In this document: piece after piece, positions 13,428 to 27,700 of the stretch
Position numbering within the stretch: the first letter of the stretch is position 1
Layout of the letters: each line of letters begins with the position of its first letter
The notes under the pieces: model-generated
Told to the model about the DNA's origin: nothing
Seen by the model: the letters and a program-made list of their open reading frames with translations, nothing else
Database searches by the model: none
Program-made: the position numbers and the translations under genes
NCBI GenBank assembly: GCA_050084985.1
Contig: JBITNC010000002.1
Location: 20,398,001-20,462,000 of the forward strand
DNA length: 64,000 nt
Direction of reading: 5' to 3'
Source: Nageia nagi
Taxonomy: Eukaryota; Plantae; Pinophyta

Positions 13428-14761
13428 CAATTTTGCAAACTCAAAGAATCTATTAGGTTGGTGACGTTACCCTTAAGGGTGAGTGAAGGTTGATTTCTTA
13501 TTGAATTCATGTATGTGTTGACAACTGCATCTGTAGGAGGATTTTTTAGCTTTATGGTGTTGATATTTTATGTACGTATTCGTAGTTAGTTCGCTCCATG
13601 TGAAGAACTGGTTATACATGTTTTAGCATCTGATATTTTTTGCTAGTGTTATTTTAGTTATCCATATGTGAGGAACCTATATTTGCTTGTTGGTATTATT
13701 TATTTATCCATATATCAAGAACTCGTATGTGCTTATATTCTATTTGTTTGATGTTGATCAACATATATTTTTGATACAAGTGATTATGAGTATTGACTTG
13801 ACATCTTCATGATGATTTATAATGCACCATTGATCAATTTATGGATGATATTAATTGATTTATTTATCTTATATTGATATGAATATTTATACGATGCATC
13901 TAATTGATCTTATTTATGAGTTGCTTGTAACCTGTAGGTTTCTTCTTATAAGTGTAAGTTACCTACTTCAAGTGGGCATTCATGGAGGCTCCTCATGTCA
14001 ACTTGTTATTGAATGATAATTTTATATAGTGAAACCAATTGTGATTAATGATTGTATTATAAACCATTTGTCAAATGGTAAAGTAGTGAGCCTCAATATA
14101 AGATCTTGCTTATTTCTCAAAGATTTAAATGTTCCCATCTTTGATTGTATTTTTATGGAAGAAAACTCTCTTTTTTCTCTTATTTGCTCTACTTCAATAT
14201 TGCATTAAGGGGGAGTGTTGAAATGTATAATGCATTATTATAAGGTCTCTTAATGTAATTCACTTAATACTTAAGGGTTTCTCTAAATACCTTAATTATT
14301 TAGTGAATATGATAATGTAAATTCACTAATACTTTTAAGTATTTATGAATAAGATATTGTAACTTATCTTATACTCCATATCATGAGTATACCCTTTGGG
14401 TAAAAGGGTGATGCATGTCATGACATTGTACAATGGTTAAAAGGGTGATCCAAGGGAAGATTTTGACCTAAAAATAAAAGGTTCTTTTTTTGAGATTACT
14501 CATTCAAGTTTGTATCAAAGTTATACTCTTGTTTAGGTTGTAGGAGAAGTATTAAAGTGAGTTGTAAGAAAGAGAGTGCTCTTTGAGAATAAGATCTTAG
14601 ATTAGTGGATGTACTCTCATGGTTGGAAGAACCACTTATATTTGATATCATCTTGTGTGAATGTTACTTTTAATTTGTGTTCTTAATGATTAAGGATTTA
14701 AAGAGAGCTTTCATGTGATTTTTGGTAATTAAGGATTCAGTCTTATAGATTTACTCGTTCA
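13428..14761 (+). mobile_element. 3' remnant of a second related Copia element (pol tail, 3' region, PPT, 3' LTR 14216-14761)
   Basis: 13455-13485 resembles 9950-9980 of the intact element, and 13640-14215 resembles 10900-12147. PPT AAGGGGGAG is followed by TGTTGAAATGTATAATGC at 14216. Confidence 0.8.
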
Positions 14762-16935
14762 ATTTTTATATAATTACAAAAACTCCATATTATTCCTAGA
14801 ACGTTGTCATAATATTTTTTGAGATTTTCAATAATAAACTTTACTATAATATTATCATGTTTTTGTATCTCAATTATATATTATATCGTATAATTAATTG
14901 AATATGAGACACAAGTTATAATAGGGTCAACACATGATCAACTCAACCAACAACTAAGAGATACACACTATATACTAATCAATCATCATATAGAAATTAT
15001 TAATATCCTTGTAAACTTAATATACTTTCTTTCTTTTTAACTTCCATTTAAATTACTTAACTGAGAAAAATTAAAATTTAATTAATCATCAAATATTATA
15101 TTATTAAAAATCTACTCATTTACTTAAATAATTCTAATATATAATTTTGTTACCTATATGAATGAAAAGATCATCATTTAGCACTAAATGTAACTCTTGA
15201 TTTCACCAAAAATATGAAAGGAGCTGGTGGATCCCTCAATATTAGTTCTAGGTGGTGATGCTACCTCGCTCCCCATAGGTGCTGCAGCCAGCCTCGTTCA
15301 TCTAATAAAAATTCATTTTTTAATTTTAAATAAAAAGCTGGAAAAAAAAGCAAACGTAAAAACCAAAGGCAAGTCTATTAGGGTTAGGGTTAAATCCTTC
15401 CCAACATATGTTAGGGTTTGTGGATGTCTATTTATGTCACCGCTACAAGATTTTTGGTGAGAGCTTGCCTGTCAAAGAACTTGGTCAGGATTGTAGTGGG
15501 CGATTTGTTAAGATTGATCTGGTCAAATTAGATGCTGCATCTCTGTTGTTTTTAGAGCAGGATGTCTGTAACCACTAAATACATGCGGGGTAATCCTTTG
15601 AAAAACAGAGTATATTGAAGTCGAGAAATCGTTTCAGTCGCCCCGCTAAGCATGGGCGATTCGATTGTTGCTCGACTACATCAACTGTTCCCTGTATTTT
15701 TTTCTTTTTACATATTATTAAGTTTAGTAATTATTTTTTTTCTTTTCCAATTTTTTATTCTTCGTTGTCGTTTTAGCATTGATTTTGGATTAGTTGCTAT
15801 GAGTATAGGTGTTTTTGGAGCATGAATTCGATCCGTGAAGTTTCCAAATGAACGCTGATTGTGTATTTCATTACAAATTGTGGGTATTAAGCAAAAAACA
15901 CTTATATTACTAATCTACCTGACCTTCCCAACAATCCACCTACTGATGGTGGGCGTAGACCCCACCCCATTGGAAAGACGTTTTTTATTTCTTTGTTAGT
16001 ATCATGGTGGATAGGTTCTATTGATTTTAAGTACCAATCGTGGACTTATCCAACACCAGTCTTTAGCTTTATGTAGCAATAACAGCTCAATGAACACGTT
16101 ATAGTCTAGTTGCTGCAAAGAGAATCCCAGAAACAATGGTGCTTTCTAGTATAACCTTCGTGCCTAATAAGGATCTGTCCTATATAGGGGCTTACTAACA
16201 CAACCTTTTATTTAGGATTCTAATGTAATTTGGGGCGCCTGTTATGTCTAAAACGTGCAAATCTCTGAATGCATTGAAGGACTGCAAAATTAAATAGTAT
16301 TATTTTGGTATAAGTTGAAACTTTAAAAAATAATTAAAGATCGGCTTAAAGGTTCTCAAAATAAGATCTTGGAATCATTTTCGCAGGGTGAAATCAATTT
16401 TGAGACTCTTATAGAGGTTTTGTTTGTTTTTATTGATAGACCATTTTTTGTCTGTCCTTGATAGATGTGTGTTCCTTCTATATTCACATTGCAAATTCAT
16501 TAGCATACTGTTACAAATTAACTCTAACCTACAATTGACAGATTGATAATTAATGAATAATTATTAACTAACATGAGATCCAATGTACTTTATAGTCTAG
16601 GATTAAAACAGTTTGCTTCATAACTACAGCTTTTAGCTGTAGAGAATGCCATGCTTCTGGTCCTCAATTGCAGCATTATCCAGTGAACTTTTTCGGAAGG
16701 GAAACTTTCCTCTCAAAAGCATCGCAGTCAATGGAGATAACTTAGGGTTCAGGAAGGTATTTTGTTTTGACCCAACTAATATCCGAAAAAGTATTTGGAG
16801 GGTTTCACTCAAGTTAACACCAAAATACTAAAGAAGCATTAGATGGGAAATTGTAACTCCGTTTCAAAGTTTATGCAACCTACTTCCTCCTATTGGAGCC
16901 CATTAAAAGTAAACAGTGTCCATGCAGATATCACA

Positions 16936-17140
16936 ATGACATTTGTCTTGTGGAACATCAGAGGACTAAATAACCGCTCTGGTGAATGTGTTGTCAAATT
17001 CCTTATTGGTCTACAAATTTGTATTTTATGCCCCTGAGAGGAATGGAAGCTGGATTGGCTACCAGTATGGAATTTTACGAACACTACCTTCTAGATGTGA
17101 GGCATTGACACTTTGGGGTCAAAGGGGCTCTCTTGAGACA
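16936..17140 (+). mobile_element. LINE (L1) ORF2 endonuclease N-terminal remnant
   Basis: MTFVLWNIRGLNN...ICILC resembles the WN(I/V)RGL start motif of plant L1 ORF2. Confidence 0.45.
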
Positions 17141-19105
17141 TTTTTACGTTAAAATCCCTATACATTCTATTGTTTTTCAGTCACAATTTCTCATTCATGT
17201 TTTGACAATACTGCGATATGGTCTTATCTGCTAATGAGAAGGGGAATCGGGCTTTCCCCGATTACAGGAGCGTGAAGTACTTCTGTTATTTTATCAACCA
17301 AAAGAAGCAACAAAATATGAAACCTATCTTATGACTACTTTATGTGGAATAGAAGCTACAAAATATGTGAGACAAATCTAATGACTACATTACTTGGAAT
17401 AATAGGTATTCGATGGTGCATTCGTATGGTTGCTGAAAGAACAAGCAACCTGTTCCCAAGAACAGATTGGAATATTTAGTGTAAAACCTGATGAGTTGTC
17501 CTTTTCATGAGACTGAATCATGTAAGTTCCACCAGCGTATCAAAATGGAAAGTAGGCCGTAGAACAGAAATAAAATAAGTAATTTAGTGCCAGCTTAAGT
17601 GCCTCTTGTCATCAAGAAATTAGCATCACTCAAAATGTAAAGCAAGAATTGAGCAAATATCAAAATAATAATAACTCCCAAGAGATTTCTTTTGGCTAGA
17701 TTCAAATTTTAATGTATAGAAGTATTGTGAACACTGAAAACAAATACCCACACGTGCATTCTAAGAGCTTTACGAGGTATGGGTGACTCTCAAGCATCTA
17801 TGTTGAGCATAAGGATCCATGATTGAGCATGTGAAGAGTCTAGATATCCATGTTGGGTTTGGATTTACCCTTAGGCACTATTGTTGGGTTTTGTGAGGCT
17901 TATGGGAAGCTAATGTTGGATTAGGAAGGTTGGGTGATGATTTGAGTTGTGATCCACATATTTTTGATATTGAAACCCTTCTCTTTGAAGTACCAAAGAT
18001 TTGATGGTGTGAAGCAACCTTGATTGTCATGCACAAGGAATGTCAGAAGATGTGGAACACCTTTGACTAGCGGTTGAGGTGAATGTTTGTGTGATATGAG
18101 ATTGCCCTACCTAGAAGCATACTTTTGATAATGATCTTATCAAATGGAATAGTAGATGATTACCAACATTATGGGGTTATTTTGTTCACCTTGGTTTACC
18201 ATTTTGTTTTTACACGTAATTTATACCATACACCTTTGCTTTCAAGATAACATGAATGTAAAAATAAAAACCTAGGTTTCTACAATGAATTTGATAGTTG
18301 GAAGAATATTAAATTCATCAAAAAGATAAAAGCATTTACAATGAAAACATACACTAATCAAGAAGAGATAACAATATTAGGTCATTAAAGATATATAACT
18401 AAAATTAATTAAATAAATCATATTATATTTTAAGATAAATTCTTAATATGAAAATAGCAAACATTAAATAAAATTAACAAAAATAACCATTATATAACAA
18501 TGTACATGTAATAAAATGGATCAATATATGAATACAAAAGGTTTGAATTAGATGCATAACTATATGTTGACATTAAGTTTCATCATTTACCTCTTACTTA
18601 AAATATAGTACATTTCATCTTTTGATTATAGAATACAATATGATTAAAAAATATCCAAATTCCTATACTAATTGAATCAAATATGAATTTCACTTTAAAA
18701 CTCTACAATTCAATCCCTCAATCACTTTAGGTTTTTTTTTTAGGAATATATGGAAGATAAAATTCATATAGGACCTTATTAATTATTGTGAGGAAAGAGT
18801 TGAAAAATTAACCTATAAGAGTATATCAATTATCTTAAAAATATGGTTAAAGATTTTAATAAAATAACATTAATAAACAAAGCAGCCACAATAATGTGGC
18901 AAAGCTTATCCATCAAACCATGTCAAGTCGATGATGGTGGGTCCATGTATTTTTTAGCAATAAGGTTAGGAGAATCACATTGTTGTTATTATTTTAAAAA
19001 AAAATTATAAAGAGAATCGCAGTGGTTATTTGAATAATTGCATTGCGGTTCTCCAAATTTTTTTTTTTTGAAATAAAATTAACTCATCACAAGGTATTTT
19101 GTAAT

Positions 19106-19175
19106 CAATGCTATGGTGTAATGGTAAAAATGTTGAATTTGAAACCCATCAACCCGAGTTCAAATTTCAACAATG
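19106..19175 (+). other. Degenerate tRNA-like / SINE-head sequence
   Basis: A-box-like TGGTGTAATGG and B-box-like GAGTTCAAAT at tRNA-like spacing; no intact cloverleaf. Confidence 0.35.
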
Positions 19176-19688
19176 TATTTTTGTAAAATCTACATTTAGC
19201 TTTTTTTCCATCAAATTTTTTTAACCTATCGAAATTTTTTTTCTACCTAACATGATCTGATTACACTTGGGGGCGATCCGTTTGCTGGATAGCCTTTGCC
19301 CAATAATGCATAAGGTACCATATGAAAAAAAGATAAACATGTATAAATATTTAATAAACCATTGTGGTAATAGATTATTTTTCAATGCTAGATGATAGAT
19401 CTTAAAAGAATTAACATTTCAATAATGACATTTATTTAATTGAACATATATATATATATTTTAATATTATAAATTATTGATGTTGTTATGGTGTCTAAAA
19501 GGTATATGCATTAAGGTTTATGCATCCATATGCACTTATATTATCTATTCAACAAGATTTTTTTTGTTATCTATAAGAAATTTAAATTTGAACTTCTCAT
19601 ATCAAAAATTTTTCAACACTCTTGCTTCCAACTTTTCTATAATAATGGAGTTGGAGAGATGGGTAGTTCAAAGCTCTTGCATACAAGA

Positions 19689-19755
19689 TGTGAGAGGGCC
19701 GCCTCTCCCGAGGTGGTGAGTGTACGTGCACCCCGGGAGAGGCGGCCCTCTCACA
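19689..19755. mobile_element. 67-bp palindromic micro-insertion with TG...CA ends and 5-bp TSD
   Basis: Perfect 22-bp inverted arms TGTGAGAGGGCCGCCTCTCCCG (19689-19710 and 19734-19755). CAAGA flanks both sides (19684-19688 and 19756-19760). Confidence 0.85.
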
Positions 19756-20107
19756 CAAGAGGCCTAGGTTCAAAACTCTTTGCCCTTAAAAATTGAAACA
19801 TACCTAAAATCCTATCAAGTTGATGGTAGATGGGGATCATACCCCTGATGGATTTTGATGGCATTTAAGAGTTCATAATACTTTATATCAAGAAACAAAC
19901 TCCAACAAAAAAAAAGAAAAAAAATTCCTATAATAAAAAACCTACTTTAAAGAAATTAGAATATACAATGATAACTTAAAACTTACCCAAAAATTCCAAT
20001 CCTTCTACCTTTTAATGTTAATACCACATTAAATCTTATAAAATTACTTCACTTAAATTAAATTTTCAAATTGATTTCTATTAAAAAATAATTAACCTTT
20101 CCAAATG

Positions 20108-20207
20108 AATGAACATAATAAAACTTTTACCACAATATCATATCATATGAAATCTTCAATGAACATAATAAAACTTTTACCTCAATATCATATTATATGA
20201 AATCTTG
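20108..20207. repeat. 50-bp tandem duplication
   Basis: Two near-identical copies of AATGAACATAATAAAACTTTTACC...TATGAAATCTT. Confidence 0.85.
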
Positions 20208-20299
20208 TGAGGATGAAGTTATGAAGGAGATTATTAATGAAGAAAAACACACATCTACTAATATCATGAATTAACGATAGGATCAGATAATGCACGCAA

Positions 20300-20520
20300 C
20301 CCTATAAAAGTTTATTCCCAGCGTCTTATCTAACAGTGGGTCATCATAGAAGCTTCTTCTGCCACCTGTTGCACCAACACCGACGTTGACTAAAAATTTA
20401 TATACTCTGTGATCGGAGGAAGAGTTATCGGATCGCAACATGCTTTTCCAGAACTGGTATAGACAATAATAGATCAAGGGAAGAACGAAAGACAGAATCC
20501 CATTGCCTTTATTCAAGGAG
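20300..20520 (+). promoter_or_regulatory. Probable promoter and non-coding first exon of the 34218-35348 gene
   Basis: TATA-like CTATAAAAG at about 20302 and TTTATATA at about 20397. CpG-retaining sequence. Strong donor GAG|GTAAG at 20520/20521 followed by T-rich intron-like DNA. The link to the acceptor at 34184 is inferred. Confidence 0.5.
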
Positions 20521-21149
20521 GTAAGAAATACTATTCTTGGAAAATCAGTGGTTTGAATTGGATGGTGATTTTGTTGTGGGTAACAGAGATCTATCATAGT
20601 TTTCTTTTCCATTGTCGTATTGTGAATTCTGTTTCCTGCAGTGCTACAGGTCTTTAAGAGTTTGAGAGTTCCATAGCTAAGTGTAACGCTGTTGTCTTAC
20701 TTCTTGATCTATTGTATGAGTGTTTATAAAATCCGAAGTTTTTAAGTTCTCCCGTTGACTTATCTTCAGGGGAGAAACTATTGAATAGTTTTTGCTTTCA
20801 ATGGGGATGGTTTTTATTCAATATTGAGATGTGACCAATTCAAGATAACTGTAGGAATAAGCAGTTTAGGAGATCCTATGATTTTGGTGGTTGACTTTGA
20901 TTTGATCTTAGGATCTGTATCTCGCTTGCCCCTGTTTCTTGTTTTGAGGGTTGTTTTGTCATTAATACTGGGACATTGTTTTAGATACAAGGTGATATTC
21001 TGGGAGACAGGGGACCCGTCTCATTTAAATGAGATTATCAATGTGAGGATCAAGGAGTCCCTGTTAAGGGCTTAAGAGAGGCCACATTACCCAACCAAAT
21101 CTGATTAGCATGACAGCAAAATCATTTTGAGCATCACTAAGTGGGAAAG

Positions 21150-21270
21150 ATGTAACCCAATTGCATCCTGGATAATTCGCAACTTGAGGATGGTCATGTC
21201 ACCTACTGGGAATGATATAACCCAATTGCCTCCTGGATAATTCACAACTGGAGAATGGTGATGTTACATT
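21150..21270. repeat. Tandem duplication of about 66 bp
   Basis: Two diverged copies of TAACCCAATTGC..CCTGGATAATTC.CAACT. Confidence 0.7.
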
Positions 21271-23399
21271 GCATGGATGTGCTGTCTGTGTTCCTCTCTA
21301 TCTTTAAAAGCTCCTTATGGTTGTCATGAAGTAAATTTGCATCTTCTAAGATCCTTATAGAATGAAAAGCCTCTTTGAGCCAGAGTTCCAACAAACCATA
21401 GCACTTCTTTTTAGCCCAATATGCTCTTATTAACATCAATTGGTTTTCATTCTTCTATAAGCTGCTTCTCATGTGTATTGTTCCTTTTGTTGGAAATTTC
21501 TTCTTATATATTCCCTAATTTTAGTTGATAAATGTGTTGGAGCTGCATGGCTGAGTTGATTGGGCACCACTTGTCTTTCAGTTTACAGAGGCAACCTTTG
21601 TGTGTATTAGAAATCTTTGCCTGTAACACCAGACATGTTGATTGCTTGGGCTTTTCGGACGATGGTAGCATTTGAGATTTCCCATTCAAGTTAGAAAACA
21701 GTTTCTTCAAAATCTATTTGCAGATCTTCTCTAGTTGAGATATGGGCAGGGGACCCATGGGAACAAGAACAAAGTTTGAGTTGTTTCAAGCTAGAGCACA
21801 ACAATTGTTCTAGGTAGATAAATCAAAGGGGATGGAGAAGATGGTGGTTTAGAAATCCCATACATATACAAGGGTAGGGGCTGAGAAAATGGAAAGGGCC
21901 AAAAATGCTTTAGTGGCTGAAACATGTTGATGGAAAAGACTTCAACTACACTTCCGTAAGTATAAACTGTCCCTTGAAAATATGATAGTTGGGCAAAATC
22001 TATCTCCCTTGAAACTCTTAAAATTTCTCATAAGATGTCTCCAAAGTCTTCTTAGTTAACAACGTTGAGGAGATGCTTGAGTTGACTCCATGAATGTTCA
22101 GTTTTGCACCAATGTTATATAACTAGTTAGCACATCTTTTGACCTCTTTGAAGTAACGATAAAATGACATAATCTTGAATCTGGATTAACTTTCTTTGCC
22201 TCATCTACTAATGCATACATATGGCTATTTTTGCAAGACTGAATTGATTGCATTGACAATTTTTGTTATCAGCTTAGATGGTGACAAATCCTTTACCAGT
22301 GACAATTTTTTGACCTCTTTTGAAGCTCAATCTCATCTATGTTATGTAAGATCCTGATAAGTCCATGTGAGCTATCTTGTATTTGATTGGCTTAGGCTCT
22401 TATGATAGGATTCAAAGCATTAAGGTTGGCCTTAGAGCTTAGAGTTTAGTGTTAGTGAAAAACAAGAGTATACATTTTTGAAAGCCCCATCAAGAGACCT
22501 ATCTCATTTTGTTAGTCTCTTCAACATGATTAAAATAACATATATCTTCGATAACTCTCTGAGTAAGGCCAAGATAGGATTATGAAGCTTAAAGCAGTAT
22601 AGTAGTCAAAATTGATAGCCATCTTATCTCAGGAGAGTAGAAAAGGGAAAAAAAGGATAGCTTGGTAAGAATTGCAAATTTTGAGGAGAAAGAAGTGTGT
22701 ATGAGCAACAATTAAAGGTAGCAAGCGAGAAATCTAGGGCAACACCATAATATTCCCTAGAATCAACAAGATATAGTAAGCCAACGAATACCAATTTTGG
22801 AAAAGAACATGCTTTGATAAATCAGAGGATAGAGAACCTTTTAACCCACAAAAATACAACAATTGAGGATGTATATTCTTGATTATTGGAACATAAGAAG
22901 ATTAGGTGAGGAAAAATTTGATGGAACTTAAGTTGGGAACTATGCCATGATGATCAAGGTCTAAGTGATGAGAAAGAAAGCTTTGGAAAATATAATTGTG
23001 GTAATTCAAATGAAGGACGTGACCCACAAAGGAAGACTCATTGTGTCTTTCATATGAACAAAAACCATAGGAGCAATATGGTAACAAAGAGGAACATTTG
23101 AGGAATACATATGGTTGCAACAACAATCGGGAGAGAAATCATGAAGAAAGTCAATGCTATATAGATAACATAGAGTACATATAGAGAATCGGGAATTGTA
23201 ATAGAGTAAGACAAGCAAAAGAATATCCAAAACATTGCAACATAATGCAAAAGAGGGCCATCAAAGGTATGAGGATTATGACTTTGATATTGATATAGAT
23301 GTATTGAAAGCATTTAATTTGTTCACTTGGTCAAATATGCTTGTATGAGAGATTCCTCAACTACCTTTAACTAGAAGAAAACCTTAGGGAATGTATAGC

Positions 23400-24723
23400 A
23401 AAAATGGAATGTATACTAAGATTGCGTAATGTACCAATACAAGGTCAAGTTTATTTGACAGTCACCCAATGAGATGGCAATGCATTAATTCAGATTATTT
23501 ATGAGTTGAAGTGTAGAGATTGAGTACCTAGTTGGTTAGAATTCAAAATGATGTTTTTGAAAAAATATGACAAAGAAGACTTAACATCTTATATTGTGAG
23601 GCTCATGCAAATTAAGAAGGGTTTAGTGGAAGAATACTTCAATGAATTCTTGAGTAACCTCAACTTTACAAGGGATGTACTTTTGGTATTTGGATTCACA
23701 ATATTTATAAGTGGGTTGAAGGATGATATCAAGAGGGAATTGAGCTTGCATAATCCTCAATCAATTGGAGGCTACAAGATTGGCTATAGTAGCTAAAGAC
23801 AAGACCAATGCATCAAAATTTCAAACAAGAAGAGATTACAACATAAGGCACTACTACAACGTGAGAAGAAAGAACAACAAAAGATATTTGTTTCAAATGC
23901 AAAGGGAAGTCGAATTGAGGATACATGTGTAGAAAAAAATTCACCATGGATATGGAAGATAGTGAGGAAGAGTTTCCCCATGAAGAAATGAGGCATGACA
24001 AAGGCCTTGATCAAGAAGAAAAGGCAATAGAGGATGAGGAGATGGGACTACTGAGATTCACACATATGGGAATGATGTTACCAAATAATCAAGTTTGTGG
24101 TTTTATTAAGAATCAAAGGGTGACTATACTAATTGATTTGGTTAGCACTCACAATTTCATCAGTATAGATATAACAAAGAAATCGGGGTTCTATGTGCAA
24201 AAAGTAGGAAAAATTAATGTGTTGATTTCTAATGGAGGGAAGGTAGCATGTGTAGGAAAGGTTTTATAAGGCTTATTATAGATAGTTACACATGAATGTA
24301 AATGTTGTATGTCATGGCTTGGGTGGAGTAGATGTAGTGTTAGGTTGCTAATTGTTGGTTCAATTGGGTGAAGTTACCATGAATTTTTACAATTTCATGT
24401 ATAATAGACAGAAAATGGGAGGCAAACCAAGTTGCTAGGGTTGCAATCACCAACTTCAAAAGTCATAATTTCATATTTGATTAGATATTCAAAAAATGAG
24501 GAAGAGGAGCGAGGAAATAGATTCTCTTTATAGGTAAAGGAAGAATAACAAAGTGTGGGAAGATATTTCAAGAAACCAAAGGAATTCCGTCTATTAGAAC
24601 TTGTGTTTATGTAATCGACCTAATCCTCGAAAGCCAACTAACTAATATTAGGTTGTACAGATATCCCCAACCACAAAAAATGAGATTGAGAAGTTGTTAG
24701 AAGAAAATGTTGGAGTAGGGTGT
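23400..24723 (+). mobile_element. Decayed Ty3/Gypsy gag-protease-(RT start); short continuation at about 32983-33140
   Basis: Gag-like ...FISGLKDDIKREL (23548-23796). Protease ILIDLVSTHNFIS corresponds to the IDSG(S/A)THNFI motif (23925-24269). YRYP...EIEKLL...ML..GV RT lead-in is broken at 24723. KGQFVWS-like RT/RNaseH linker at about 33000. Confidence 0.75.
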
Positions 24724-27700
24724 TGTAGACACTTAAAAATGATTCAACAATCAAATAACTTAATGTCTAACAAGCCTAGCAATATTCAATAACAATATAA
24801 CAATAGGAACTATAATGACATGAGAAATATAAACAATCGTCCTATTTATCGGATCAAATCTAGATCTAACAAGATGAGATTTGATATACAATACCTATCA
24901 TCCTTACATGGAATGTAGATCGAATGTCAGGGGTAGGCTAAGCAAGTTGTCAATAATTCGTTTACAAGATCTTGGATGAAATCACTTGGATATCCAAGCA
25001 TTGATGCTTTGGCTGCGTCTTAGCATTTGTGCTTCAAAATTGCACATAAAAACCTCCAAACGAATGATCAATCGATGGGATCCTGCAAGACTAAGCCTAT
25101 TCTAACATACAAAGCCAAAGATCGAAAATAGAGCTTGTGTGATAATGCAAATCTTAGATCTTGATATCTGGTGCTAAGAAACACCGGTCACAAGAATGTG
25201 TATGAGAGCTATCAAGAGCAAAATCTGATAGTCATCTCATGTGTACATCTCCTCCTTATATAGGCGAGTCTCCTCTTGACCCAAGCTAGCTCTCTTAACG
25301 CTTCCTTGATCCTTGCACCAAAAAAGAAGATGAGATAACGAAATGTGTCATAGATATTGTAAATAAAGTACATATATCATCATTTATTTTAAAACATCTA
25401 AAATAGAAAACTATATCTAGTTTAGGTCTCAAAAATTGCCTCCCTTTGAAAGCGTGATGGTATGAAATCATGGAATCACGCATTTCAAATGAGTAGAAAA
25501 ATAATAGAAAGGATAGAAAGAGTAACATAATACTCTTATGAATTGATCATAGCAAGAGATTTGGGTTGCCCATTTTGAAAGGTTAATTCTTGACCCTCTT
25601 TGCCTTGGTTTTTGCATTGAGGAGCTTCATTGGATGGAAGAAATCAAGGCAAAGAACATGCAAAAATATAGAAAAGAGGAACTTCAAAAAGGCAACATAT
25701 ATGTATCATAAAATATGCATCCTTTGTAAGCTCAAAGATGAAATCAGCATAAATATAGAACTTGAATAATAGCATATAGTGGTACTTAATGCCTCAAGTA
25801 CCAATGGGAATGAATCATAGATGGTTAATGCCCCAACCATAAAAGGGATTTCAGACCGACGTACCTCTAAATAGAATGCTTGAACTATAAATGATCTTCA
25901 CAATGGGGTTGCCATTGTGGGTACTTATTTATTCCAAAGTACCAAATGAGTCATGCACACTTAATACCCCAAGCGATCAGAAAGGGATGTATCATAGCAA
26001 TAAAATGATCAAAATAGGAGCATTACAAGAATAATGTGAACATAGTAAATCATAGTGGTAAAAGTTAGAACAGAAATAGTGATCCACATGTGTGCATAAA
26101 AGAGATAAGAGAAATAGAAAGATATAACCTTTTGAGATCCTGACTCCCAAGGGCATGACTCCAGGACAAACTTAGAAAATGATCTTATATTCCAAATGCT
26201 AGCACTTGGAAACCTCTGAATTGATTTATCTGATTTCACTGAACTGACATATTTAAACATCATTGATCTGAATTTGTGAACTGAATTGATATTTGCCCCT
26301 AATACCTGATCGCAGGACTGAGTATTATGAATCTAGAAACTTTACCATCTGAACCTGATATTCTTTTCTTCTGATTTCTGATATCTGATCTTGAAACAAA
26401 AATTCATAACAGCTTCTTGTCCTTGGCTTGGTTGCCTCCAAGCCGAAGAGACCTTAATTTTGATTAAGAGTCGCAAGCGCTGGCTCTCAGGAAAGATTCT
26501 AAAATTCTCTGAAAGCTGATCTATATGATATTATGAACTGAAACCATTCTGACTGTCCTTGTGACATTTTCAGATTCTTTCTTTACTTTTTCATGCATGA
26601 TTATTTTGACAAGTTAGAAATGACTTGACAAAAAGACTAGCACAATGACAGATCAAAAGACTAATTGGCTTTTATCAGAATTGATGGATGATAGGATTGA
26701 CATAACCTTGACAACTGAAGAGAAGAAGATTGACAAAGAAACTGAAAAGAGATTGCAAATGCAACGGAAAATGTAACATGAATGGAACCTATTCTACATG
26801 AAATGCAAAACTAAATTTTATGAGATGCAAGTGTAACCTAGATGAGAAAGAAGGTGAACATTACCTGATTTGTTTTTTGATGAATTGCAGCATTGAAGAT
26901 TCTCTTCATTGTTGTCTTCTTTAAATAATGCACTAATTATTGGATCATCAATCGTAGATAGATCTCTTGGAGAGGAAGGGATTCCTTGCTGAATGTTCTT
27001 TAAACCTATTCTTTGATGTATCAATAAGATATTTTCGAACCAAGGGGGGAGTGATCTTTGGTGTCCCTGCTTTATGAGGTGACAACTTTGGGGGAGGAAT
27101 TGAATTGGAACGATCATCTTTTGCATCTTCATCTTCGCTTTCATAGACATCTTCATTGAATAGAACTTGATTCATTGTTTTTGGACCATCGTTTGCATAG
27201 GTTTCCAAGTGTGGGCTCTCAAGAGGATCCAAGTGCTGGTGCACAGGAATTAAGGAATCTGGGGGCTGTCCAAACTTTATGAAGGAATGCACAATTTCTT
27301 CATCTGTAATAGCTAACTATCCTTGTTTCTGCAATTCTTGACCTTATGTTGGAAATTCACACATTGTTCTTTATCAAATGGGAGATGCTCAACTTCACTA
27401 GAAGGAACAAATGGAGCTTCAACTTTGGCACAAAGGTCAAATGGTTTAATATGGTGTGAACTTAGCCCTCATAATCAAATTTTATACATCAATGGAGTGT
27501 AGAAGGTATTTTTTGCATGGCATGCATCTGTGGTCTCCCAAGCAATAAGTTGTATGACAAATCGTCATCCATCACACAGAACTTAGTTTCAATTATCTTT
27601 GGCCCAAGCTGAATAGGAAGATCCACATCTTTGATCTTCCTTGTGGGTTTGACAATCATGTGTAGTCTTCTAAGCTTAAAATGCTCCAAGAAAACTATAG

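Noticed and set aside
19106-19175. Functional tRNA gene
   Set aside because: Acceptor and anticodon stems do not pair; only box-like motifs remain.
19689-19755. miRNA precursor
   Set aside because: The TSD and TG..CA ends explain the hairpin as an insertion, and no small-RNA evidence is available.
20283-20612. 109-aa minus-strand CDS
   Set aside because: No recognisable motif; it overlaps a probable + strand promoter and UTR exon.
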